Shown one piece after another: positions 37,914-46,049 of a DNA stretch of 64,000 nucleotides (positions are counted from its first letter, which is position 1; each line of letters starts with the position of its first letter). Source of the DNA: Deferrisomatales bacterium (lineage in GTDB: Bacteria; Desulfobacterota; Deferrisomatia; Deferrisomatales; JACRMM01); the NCBI GenBank assembly GCA_033551855.1, contig JAWSUI010000002.1, positions 32,001 to 96,000 on the forward strand, written 5' to 3'. The notes beneath the pieces are model-generated. The model saw only the letters and a program-made list of their open reading frames with translations, was not told the DNA's origin and did not search any database. The position numbers were made by a program, and so were the translations under genes.

Positions 37914-39290
37914 ATGACGGACAGGGCAGTCGGGGCCGTGAGCTCCCGCTTTCTCCTGAGCGCCCCCCGTTGGCAGGATGCCCGCGAGCTTCCCTGGCCC
38001 CAGGTGGCCGTGGCGGGCCGGTCGAACGTGGGGAAGTCGTCCCTCGTCAATTTTCTCCTGGGACGCCGAGGGCTCGCCCGCACCTCGGGAGCCCCCGGGA
38101 GGACGCAGACCATGAACTTCTTTTTGGTGGATGAGCGGTTCGCCTTGGTGGACCTGCCGGGTTACGGATATGCCCGGGCGCCGCTCGCCGCCGTGCGCGC
38201 CTGGACGGCCAGTACGCGGGAGTATCTGGAGAGGGGGGACAAGCTGCGGGCAGTGGTTCTGCTGCTGGACGTGCGCCGCGACCCCTCCGTGCAGGACCTG
38301 GCCTTCGTGCAGTGGGTGCGGGCTGCCGGCCGCACCCTCCTGCCCGTGGTCACAAAAGGGGACAAGGTTTCCCGAGGGCGTCGCGCCGGGCGCCTCCGGG
38401 AGATCGGCAGGGCGCTGGGGATCCCCCCGGGGGAGCTCCTGCTGACTTCCTCGCGAACCGGGGAGGGCCGCCGAGAGTTGTGGGACGCCATTGCGGCGCG
38501 GGTCGACGTGGAAGCAACTGCCGGAAAGGGCCACGCGGGGACGGGTGCCCCGGGTGGGTCGCGACCCCTGCCCGCGGGCCCCTTGGTCGTGGCCATCGAC
38601 GGACCTTCGGGTGCCGGGAAGAGCACGCTCGCGCGGGCGCTCGCGGAGCGTCTCGGGTGGAGCCACATCGACACGGGGGCCATGTACCGCGGCATCGGCC
38701 TCAAGGCGGATCGACTGGGGGTCTCCCTGGAGGATGACGCCGGCCTCGAACGCCTGTGCCGGGAGACCAGGCTGGAGCTCCAACGAGGAGAAGACGGCAC
38801 CTTGCGTCTGCTGCTCGACGGCGAGGACGTGAGCCGGGCCATACGGGAGCACCGGGTCAGCGGCCTGGCTTCGCGCGTGTCGGCCCGCAAGCCGGTCAGG
38901 GAAGCCATGGCGGGCTACCAGCGCCGGCTCGGCGAGGCCGCTCCGTCGGTGCTGGAGGGCCGGGACATCGGGACCGTCGTGTTTCCGGACGCCCTCCTCA
39001 AGGTGTTCCTCACGGCGACGGACGAGGAGAGAGCTCGCCGGCGTACCGCAGAGCTCCTCGGCCGCGGTCAGGTCGCCCGGGAAGAGGAGGTGCTGGAGGA
39101 CATCCGCGCACGGGACCGGCACGACAGCGACCGGGAACATGCGCCCCTGCGGCCCGCAGAGGACGCGGTCACCGTGGACACCACCGGCGTGGGCGTGGGT
39201 GAGCTGGTGGAGCGACTGGCGGAGATGGTCGGTGGCATCCTGGCCGCGCGCGGCCTCTGCCGCACCACGGGCCCGGGGAGAGACCGATGA
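37914..39290 (+). CDS. engB-cmk: Fusion of EngB/YihA ribosome-biogenesis GTPase and cytidylate kinase Cmk
   Basis: GRSNVGKSS, PGRTQ, DLPGYGYA, TKGDK; linker; then AIDGPSGAGKST, DTGAMYR, EGRDIGTVVFPDA in the same frame. Confidence 0.92.
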   Translation: MTDRAVGAVSSRFLLSAPRWQDARELPWPQVAVAGRSNVGKSSLVNFLLGRRGLARTSGAPGRTQTMNFFLVDERFALVDLPGYGYARAPLAAVRAWTASTREYLERGDKLRAVVLLLDVRRDPSVQDLAFVQWVRAAGRTLLPVVTKGDKVSRGRRAGRLREIGRALGIPPGELLLTSSRTGEGRRELWDAIAARVDVEATAGKGHAGTGAPGGSRPLPAGPLVVAIDGPSGAGKSTLARALAERLGWSHIDTGAMYRGIGLKADRLGVSLEDDAGLERLCRETRLELQRGEDGTLRLLLDGEDVSRAIREHRVSGLASRVSARKPVREAMAGYQRRLGEAAPSVLEGRDIGTVVFPDALLKVFLTATDEERARRRTAELLGRGQVAREEEVLEDIRARDRHDSDREHAPLRPAEDAVTVDTTGVGVGELVERLAEMVGGILAARGLCRTTGPGRDR

Positions 39291-39464
39291 AGCGCCTGGG
39301 CCCGGATGGGGGTTCCTGCCGGAATCCTCGCTTCTGGAGTCCCACTCCTGGATTCCTCGGTTGTGCTCAGCGGAAACCTGTGCTACCCTCCGCGCCTTCG
39401 TCCGACAAGAGGGGGCGCTCTGCGGCCCCTTTTGAATAAAGAGCCAAGGAGGTTCAAAGAAGAC

Positions 39465-41189
39465 ATGATCGACCAGAACACCCAGGCAGGTCACCCGGAA
39501 GAGGAGCTGGACTTTGCGGCCATGCTCGAGGCGAGCGAGGGCGGGGCCGAGGAGGGCTCCGTCGTCAACGGCCGCGTCATCAAGCTCAGCAACGACTACG
39601 CGGTGGTCGATATCGGTTACAAGTCCGAGGGGCTGGTGCCCTTGTCCGAGTTTCGGGATGCCGAGGGCAAGGTCGGGGTAAAGGTGGGCGACCAGGTGGA
39701 GGTCCTCGTCGAGGCACTGGAGAACGAGGACGGCATGATCCTCCTCTCCAAGGACAAGGCCGACAAGATCCGGGTATGGGACGCCATCAGCAAGGCCGCC
39801 GAGAACGACGAGGAGGTGGAGGGGCGCATCGTCGCGCGGATCAAGGGCGGGCTCTCGGTGGACATCGGGGTTCGGGCCTTTCTTCCCGGGTCCCAGGTGG
39901 CTCTGCGTCCTGTGCGGCAGCTCGAGAAGCTTCTGGGCGAGACCTACAAGTTCAAGATCATCAAGTTCAACCGCAGACGGGGCAACATCGTCCTGTCGCG
40001 CCGGGTGCTGCTCGAGAAGGAGCGCGAGACTCACAGGAAGGAGACCCTCAAGAGGCTCGAAGAGGGTGCGGTGCTCCAGGGGGTGGTCAAGAACATCACG
40101 GACTACGGGGCCTTCATCGACCTGGGCGGGATCGACGGCCTCCTGCACGTGACGGACATGAGCTGGGGCCGGGTGAACCATCCCTCCGAGGTCTTCGACA
40201 TCGGCGACGAGGTCACCGTGAAGGTGCTCTCCTTCGATCCGGAGCGGGAGCGGGTGAGCCTCGGTTACAAGCAGCTTCAGCCGGACCCCTGGACCGTCGC
40301 TTCAGAGAAGTACGCCATCGGGTCCCGGATCACCGGCAAGGTCGTGTCCATCACCGATTACGGAGCCTTCGTTGAGCTCGAGCCCGGTATCGAGGGGTTG
40401 GTTCACATCTCGGAGATGAGCTGGACCAAGCGGGTGAACCACCCCAGCGAGAAGGTATCGATCGGCCAGGAGGTCGAGGTGATGGTTCTCAACCTCGACA
40501 CGAACCGCCGCCGGATCTCCCTGGGCATCAAGCAATGCCAAGCGAATCCCTGGGAGCTGCTCGAGGAGCGCTATCCCGTGGGCACGGTGGTGCGCGGCCA
40601 GATCCGCAACATCACGGACTTCGGACTGTTCCTTGGGGTGGAGGAGGGCATCGACGGGCTCATCCACGTCAGCGACCTGTCCTGGACCAAGCGAATCACC
40701 CACCCCGGCACCCTCTACAACGTGGGCGACGAGGTGGAGGCCGTGGTGCTGAGCGTCGACAAGGAGAGCGAGCGCTTCAGCCTCGGTATCAAACAGCTGG
40801 AGCCCGATCCGTGGGCCGGGATCCACACCCGCTACCGGGTCGGATCCATCGTGCAGGGCAAGGTGACCAACATCACCGACTTTGGGCTCTTCGTCGAGCT
40901 GGAGCCGGGGATCGAGGGCCTCGTCCACGTGAGCGAGCTCTCCAGCGAGAAGGTCGAGGACGTCTCCGCGGTGGCGGAGGTGGGGCAGGAGATCCAGGCG
41001 GAGGTCCTCAACATCGACCAGGAGGAGCGAAAGATCTCCCTCTCGATGAAGGCCATCGAGGACGCGGAGGTCCTGGCGCAGAAGAAGGCCCTGGATGCCC
41101 TCCACCGGGAGATGTCGGCCAACTCGGCCTCCACCCTGGGGGAGAAGATCCTCCAGGCCCGGAAGGCGAAGGGCAGCGCCTCCGAGTAG
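39465..41189 (+). CDS. rpsA: 30S ribosomal protein S1
   Basis: Six S1 repeats; DIGYKSEG; KNITDYGAFIDLGGIDGLLH. Confidence 0.98.
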   Translation: MIDQNTQAGHPEEELDFAAMLEASEGGAEEGSVVNGRVIKLSNDYAVVDIGYKSEGLVPLSEFRDAEGKVGVKVGDQVEVLVEALENEDGMILLSKDKADKIRVWDAISKAAENDEEVEGRIVARIKGGLSVDIGVRAFLPGSQVALRPVRQLEKLLGETYKFKIIKFNRRRGNIVLSRRVLLEKERETHRKETLKRLEEGAVLQGVVKNITDYGAFIDLGGIDGLLHVTDMSWGRVNHPSEVFDIGDEVTVKVLSFDPERERVSLGYKQLQPDPWTVASEKYAIGSRITGKVVSITDYGAFVELEPGIEGLVHISEMSWTKRVNHPSEKVSIGQEVEVMVLNLDTNRRRISLGIKQCQANPWELLEERYPVGTVVRGQIRNITDFGLFLGVEEGIDGLIHVSDLSWTKRITHPGTLYNVGDEVEAVVLSVDKESERFSLGIKQLEPDPWAGIHTRYRVGSIVQGKVTNITDFGLFVELEPGIEGLVHVSELSSEKVEDVSAVAEVGQEIQAEVLNIDQEERKISLSMKAIEDAEVLAQKKALDALHREMSANSASTLGEKILQARKAKGSASE

Positions 41190-41330
41190 GCGGCCGTCCC
41201 GCAAGGCAAGAACGCCGAGCCGGGGCCCCAGGGGGGGTTCCGGCTCGGCTCGTTTCGGCGACCCGCCGGTCCGGAGTGCCAGCCGGCTCCGGCCGCGCCC
41301 CCGATGGCCGGGGCAATCGGAGGACGGCCC

Positions 41331-42206
41331 GTGAAGCGACTGCTGATACTGCTAGGCTTCTTCCTGGCCCTCGTGGCCGGAGTGGTGCTGACCCTGGTGG
41401 CGGTCGCCGTCTGGCGGGGGGAGTCGGCCCTTCCGCGGGGGGAGCGGCTGGGGGTTGTGGAGCTCAAGGGGTTCATCTCCAACGCCGAACCCACCGTGGA
41501 CGCCCTGAGAGCCCTCGCGGCCGATGGCGACGTCAAGGCAGTGGTGCTGCGGGTGGAGAGCCCCGGGGGCGGCATCGCTCCTTCCCAGGAGATCCATGAC
41601 CAGGTGGCGCGCACCGCCGCCGCGAAGCCCGTGGTGGTTTCCATGGGTGCCTTGGCCACCTCGGGCGGGTACTACGTCTCGGCTCCGGCGACCCGTATCG
41701 TGGCCAACCCGGGCACCGCCACCGGTTCCATCGGCGTCCTGATCCAGTTCAAGGAGATGCACGCCCTGTTCGACAAGATGGGGTTGCGGACGCGGATCGT
41801 GAAGAGCGGCCCCCTGAAGGACGCCGGCTCGCCCTTTCGGGAAATGAGCGCAGAGGAGACGGCCGTCTTTCAAGGGCTCGTCGACGACCTCTTCGACCAG
41901 TTCGTCGAGGCGGTGGCAGAGGGCCGGGGGCTGGCCTCCGAGATCGTCCGGGGCATGGCGGACGGCAGGGTCTACTCGGGGCGCCAGGCACTGGAGCTGG
42001 GGCTCGTCGACCGGCTCGGCGGATTCTGGGACGCCGTGGACCTCGCCGGAGAGCTCGGGGGCATCTCAGGGGAGCCGAAGCTCGATTACCGGCGCAAGAA
42101 GCCCAAGGGGGTGCTCCGCTGGATCCTCGGTGAGGACCAGGGGGCGCTGGCCCCCCTTGAGGAGGCCTATGCTCCTCCCCCCCGCTATTCCCTGCCCGGT
42201 TGGTAG
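41331..42206 (+). CDS. sppA: Signal peptide peptidase SppA
   Basis: ESPGG; KPVVVSMG; SGGYY; TGSIGV; DGRVYSGRQA. Confidence 0.94.
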   Translation: MKRLLILLGFFLALVAGVVLTLVAVAVWRGESALPRGERLGVVELKGFISNAEPTVDALRALAADGDVKAVVLRVESPGGGIAPSQEIHDQVARTAAAKPVVVSMGALATSGGYYVSAPATRIVANPGTATGSIGVLIQFKEMHALFDKMGLRTRIVKSGPLKDAGSPFREMSAEETAVFQGLVDDLFDQFVEAVAEGRGLASEIVRGMADGRVYSGRQALELGLVDRLGGFWDAVDLAGELGGISGEPKLDYRRKKPKGVLRWILGEDQGALAPLEEAYAPPPRYSLPGW

Positions 42207-42237
42207 GGAGCAGGCGACCGGCCCGGTTCTGAGTCCC

Positions 42238-43860
42238 TTGGACGCCTTCCTCCTGGCCCGCCTCGGTGCCCATCTCTCCCGGCTATGGACCGGAGCCCAC
42301 GTGCAGGGAGTGTGGCAGGACCTCGTCGGCCGCCTCGTGCTGCGCCTGCGAGTGCCCGGCCGCACCGCCCACCTGGTTCTGAGCCCCGGCCCGGAGGTCC
42401 CGGGACTGGGTCTCACACGCAGGCGCCCCGCGTGCCCCCCCGCTCCGCCGGCCCTCGCTGCGTACTTGAGGGCCCACGCCGAAGGAGGGCGACTCGAGGG
42501 GGTTCGGTGCCAGCCCTTCGAGCGAGCCGTGGAGCTGGTCGTGCGGAGGGGCGAGGGGCGGGTCCGGGTGGTCTTGGAAGCCATCGGTCGGTGGGGGATG
42601 CTCCTCGCCCTGGACTCCGAGGGACGGGTGCGGGCGGCATCGCGCTGGGGGGGGGCCAAGCGCAGCACGTTGCGGCCCTTGGAGCCCGGCGCTCCCTACC
42701 GCCCACCGCCCGCCCTCGGCAAGGCGAGGCCCGATCGGGTGCTCCCCGCCGAGATCACACAGTGGACGGCCCAGGGGGAGCCCCTGCATCGCCGCATCCT
42801 CGGTCTGAGCCCCGCGCTCTCGGCCGAAGTGCTCCACCGCCGGACAGCGGGCTCTTCCGACTGGGGGGCGTTTGTCTCCGTCAGGGAAGCGTACGGCCGG
42901 CCGGGTCCCGTGTGGGAATACACCGACGGCCTCTCCGCAGTGGAGCTGACCGGTCGAGGGGCGCCCCGGGCCGTCCACCAGCCGGGGGAGTCGCTGTACC
43001 GGGCGGGGTCGTGGCTCGAAGAGGAGCTGGGCCGCGTCCGGGCCGCCGCCGCCCGTCACCGCCGGGAGCGGCAGGAGATCGCCTTCCGGGAGCGCCTGGA
43101 GCGGCGCCAGGCGCGCATACGAGACGATCTGGATGGCCTGCCCGACATCGCTTCGCTGAAGCACCAGGCCGAGGCCTTGGGGGCGCATCTGTACCGGGTG
43201 ACCCCTGGGGCGCCGTGGGCCGACGTTCCCGACCCTCATGACCCGAACCGGACGTGGCGCATCTGCCTGGACCCGGCCCTCGGGCCGGGGGGCAACCTCG
43301 ATCGGTTGTACGGGCGCGTCCGCCGTGCCCGGGCGGCCCGCGCGGCCCTGGAGGCCCGCCTGGAAGAGACTCGCTGCGAGCTCGTCGCAGGTCTGCCTTC
43401 CTCGGGGGAGGCCCCCCCCCCGGACAGCAGGCAGCGGCCTTCCCAACGGGAGACTTTCCGGCGGTTTGTCTCTTCGGACGGCTGGGCCATCTGGGTGGGG
43501 CGCAACGGCGCCGAGAACGACAGGCTCTTGCGGGAGGCCCGCCCCTGGGATCTGTGGCTGCACGCCCGCGAGGGCCCCGGGGCCCATGTGCTGCTGCGCA
43601 AGCCGGGCCGGGAGTCGCGACCGCCGGACCGGACCCTGGCGGAGGCGGCGGGCCTGGCAGCGCAGCACTCTCGGAGGCGGGGGGATGCCGGTGTGGATGT
43701 CATGGTGGCGGAGGTGGCCCGGGTTCGGAGGGCGAAGGGCGGCGGGAAGGGGCGGGTGCTGGTGAGCGGGGAGCGCACCCTGTGGGTCACCCCGGGGGCG
43801 GGGAGCCCGCGGCCGGCCCCCGGGCCCGTCCGCCCTGGGGGTCCCCGTCCGGGGGGTTGA
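42238..43860 (+). CDS. NFACT-family protein (RqcH/FbpA-like)
   Basis: LDPALGPGGN..LY; C-terminal FVSSDGWAIWVGRNGAENDRL...DLWLHAREGPGAHVLLR; start approximate. Confidence 0.85.
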   Translation: MDAFLLARLGAHLSRLWTGAHVQGVWQDLVGRLVLRLRVPGRTAHLVLSPGPEVPGLGLTRRRPACPPAPPALAAYLRAHAEGGRLEGVRCQPFERAVELVVRRGEGRVRVVLEAIGRWGMLLALDSEGRVRAASRWGGAKRSTLRPLEPGAPYRPPPALGKARPDRVLPAEITQWTAQGEPLHRRILGLSPALSAEVLHRRTAGSSDWGAFVSVREAYGRPGPVWEYTDGLSAVELTGRGAPRAVHQPGESLYRAGSWLEEELGRVRAAAARHRRERQEIAFRERLERRQARIRDDLDGLPDIASLKHQAEALGAHLYRVTPGAPWADVPDPHDPNRTWRICLDPALGPGGNLDRLYGRVRRARAARAALEARLEETRCELVAGLPSSGEAPPPDSRQRPSQRETFRRFVSSDGWAIWVGRNGAENDRLLREARPWDLWLHAREGPGAHVLLRKPGRESRPPDRTLAEAAGLAAQHSRRRGDAGVDVMVAEVARVRRAKGGGKGRVLVSGERTLWVTPGAGSPRPAPGPVRPGGPRPGG

Positions 43861-43981
43861 TGCCCCCCCTGCGCTGGGCTACCATGCCCCATCGACCTGG
43901 GTGGACGGGAGGCGGGCATGATCCGCAGGAAACGGGAAGCCCTGACCGGGCGGATTCCGGGCGCGGTGGGCTGAGGGGCCG

Positions 43982-44431
43982 TTGCGGGCTGTCGTGCAGC
44001 GCGTGAGCCGCGCCCAGGTCCGGGTGGGCGGCCGGCCGGTGGGTTCCGTGGGGACCGGTTTCGCGGTCCTGGTCGGCGTGGAGGCCGGTGACGGCGAGGC
44101 CGACGCCCAGTACGTCGTGGAGAAGGTCGTCGGCCTGCGGGCCTTCGAGGATCTCCAGGGTAAGATGAACCTCTGCCTGCAGGACGTCGGCGGTGGCGTC
44201 CTCTTGGTGAGCCAGTTCACGCTCCTGGCGGACTGCCGCAAGGGGCGCCGACCGTCCTTCACGGAGGCGGCAGGCCCGGACCTGGCGGAGACCCTGTACC
44301 TCGCCGTGGCCCGCGGGCTCCGGGAGCGCGGCCTGTCGGTGGCCACCGGCGCATTCCGAGCTGACATGGAGGTGGAGTTGGTGAACCAGGGACCGGTGAC
44401 CCTGCTCCTGGATTCCCGGAGACGGTTCTGA
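43982..44431 (+). CDS. dtd: D-aminoacyl-tRNA deacylase
   Basis: RAVVQRV; VSQFTL; KGRRPSF; NQGPVT. Confidence 0.96.
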   Translation: MRAVVQRVSRAQVRVGGRPVGSVGTGFAVLVGVEAGDGEADAQYVVEKVVGLRAFEDLQGKMNLCLQDVGGGVLLVSQFTLLADCRKGRRPSFTEAAGPDLAETLYLAVARGLRERGLSVATGAFRADMEVELVNQGPVTLLLDSRRRF

Positions 44432-44515
44432 CGAGGGCGGCCTCCGGCCCTTCTGCCCCCCTTGCGACGGTTCGGGGGTACACACCAAACGAGTCCGGGC
44501 CGTGCGAGGTCAGCC

Positions 44516-45013
44516 ATGCTCCTGGGGGTTCTCTCCGACACCCACCTGTGTGCCCCCCAGGGGCGGCTTCGGGAGCTCCTCGCGGGACCCCTGGGGGAGG
44601 CGGAGGTGCTCCTGCATGCCGGGGACTACACCGGGGAGACCGTGGTGGATTACCTGGAGCACGGCGACCCCCGACCGTTCTACGGGGTGGCTGGAAACGC
44701 CGATCCCATGTCGGTGGTTCGCCGTCTCCCGGCCACGCGCCTCTTGAGCTTGGCCGGCCGTCGGGTGGGGCTGGTGCACGGGTGGGGCTCGTCCGAGGGA
44801 CTGGAAGACCGAATCCTGGCGAGCCTGCCGCAGGGGCTGGATCTCGTCGTCTACGGGCACAGCCACCGCCCGCGCCGGGCGGAGCGGGGCGAAACCCTGC
44901 TGGTCAACCCCGGCTCTGCCTTCGACCGCCGCAGTGCCCCGGCGTGCACCGTGGCACTGGTGGAGCTGGGGTGCTCTGGAATGGGAGTCCGTTTCGAGGA
45001 GGTCGGGTGTTGA
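44516..45013 (+). CDS. YfcE-like metallophosphoesterase
   Basis: SDTH; HAGD; GNAD; HG; GHSH; NPGS. Confidence 0.92.
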   Translation: MLLGVLSDTHLCAPQGRLRELLAGPLGEAEVLLHAGDYTGETVVDYLEHGDPRPFYGVAGNADPMSVVRRLPATRLLSLAGRRVGLVHGWGSSEGLEDRILASLPQGLDLVVYGHSHRPRRAERGETLLVNPGSAFDRRSAPACTVALVELGCSGMGVRFEEVGC

Positions 45014-45525
45014 CGAGCCGGAACCTGTGGGCTCCCTGGCGCATCGAGTACATCCGGGGACCCAAGGGGCCGGGGTGCCCCTTTTGCGAGGCGCTGGCGG
45101 CTCGGGCGGACCGGCAGCATCTGGTTCTGCACCGGGGGGAGCACGCCTTTGCCATCCTCAACCGGTACCCCTACACGGCCGGGCACCTCATGGTGGTTCC
45201 CAACCGCCACGTGGCGTCGATCGAGGACCTCGAGGCGCCGGAGGTGGCGGAGCTCTGGGCTTTCGCGGTCCGGGCACGGACGGCGCTGGAGGCCGTGTTC
45301 CGCCCCGACGGGTACAATCTGGGCTTGAATCTGGGGCCCGCCGCCGGGGCAGGGATCAAGGAGCACCTGCACGTGCACGTCGTGCCCCGGTGGGCCGGCG
45401 ACACCAACTTCATGCCCGTGCTGGGAAGCGTCCGCGTCATCTCGCAGCACTTGGCAGAGATCTACGAGTCCCTGGCGCCCTGCTTCCTTGCAGCGCCTCC
45501 CACAAGAACCACCGGCGGAGAGTGA
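45010..45525 (+). CDS. HIT-family hydrolase
   Basis: LWAPWRIEYI; NRYPYTAGHLMV; HLHVHVVPRW. Confidence 0.93.
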   Translation: MTSRNLWAPWRIEYIRGPKGPGCPFCEALAARADRQHLVLHRGEHAFAILNRYPYTAGHLMVVPNRHVASIEDLEAPEVAELWAFAVRARTALEAVFRPDGYNLGLNLGPAAGAGIKEHLHVHVVPRWAGDTNFMPVLGSVRVISQHLAEIYESLAPCFLAAPPTRTTGGE

Positions 45526-45528
45526 CCC

Positions 45529-45996
45529 ATGCTGGCCTTCGTCAAGAAGATCCTGTTCGCACTGGTGCTGGCGGCCGTCGTGATCTTCGGTTTCCAGACG
45601 GAGAACCTGGAGGCCCTCGGGGCCACCATGCAGTTTCACTTCAAGGTCTGGGACCTGTGGGACATCTACACGACGCCCAAGTTCCCGGTGGCTCTGCTGT
45701 TTATCGTCTTCTTCCTCCTCGGGATCCTCACGGCGGGGTTTCACGGGATCTACGAGAGACTTGCGCGGAAGGTGGAGATCCGGGCACGGGACAAGCGGAT
45801 TCGGGAGCTGGAGAAGGAGCTCGGGGCCCTGCGGGCCGAAGCTGCGGCGCTCAAGCCGCCCCCGCCCGCGGACGAGGCCGTCGCCCAGATTCCAGCCCCC
45901 TTCCCCGCGGCTCCCCAGCGAGGGGAGGATGCTCCGGCCCGGCGGCCCCAGGGAGCCCCGGGGTCCCGTCCGTCGGAAGAAGAGCCGACTCTCTGA
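45529..45996 (+). CDS. LapA-like membrane protein
   Basis: Two TM segments followed by a coiled coil (IRELEKELGALR); position between HIT and mutS. Confidence 0.65.
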   Translation: MLAFVKKILFALVLAAVVIFGFQTENLEALGATMQFHFKVWDLWDIYTTPKFPVALLFIVFFLLGILTAGFHGIYERLARKVEIRARDKRIRELEKELGALRAEAAALKPPPPADEAVAQIPAPFPAAPQRGEDAPARRPQGAPGSRPSEEEPTL

Positions 45997-46049
45997 AAAG
46001 GGGTGCGCCCGCCCGCCTCCCACACCCCCCCGTCGGAGCCCCTTCCTGC

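Noticed and set aside
35733..40181. 1185-aa (+) and 1007-aa (-) giant ORFs
   Set aside because: Stop-poor GC-rich shadow extensions of the real engB-cmk and DUF4388 genes
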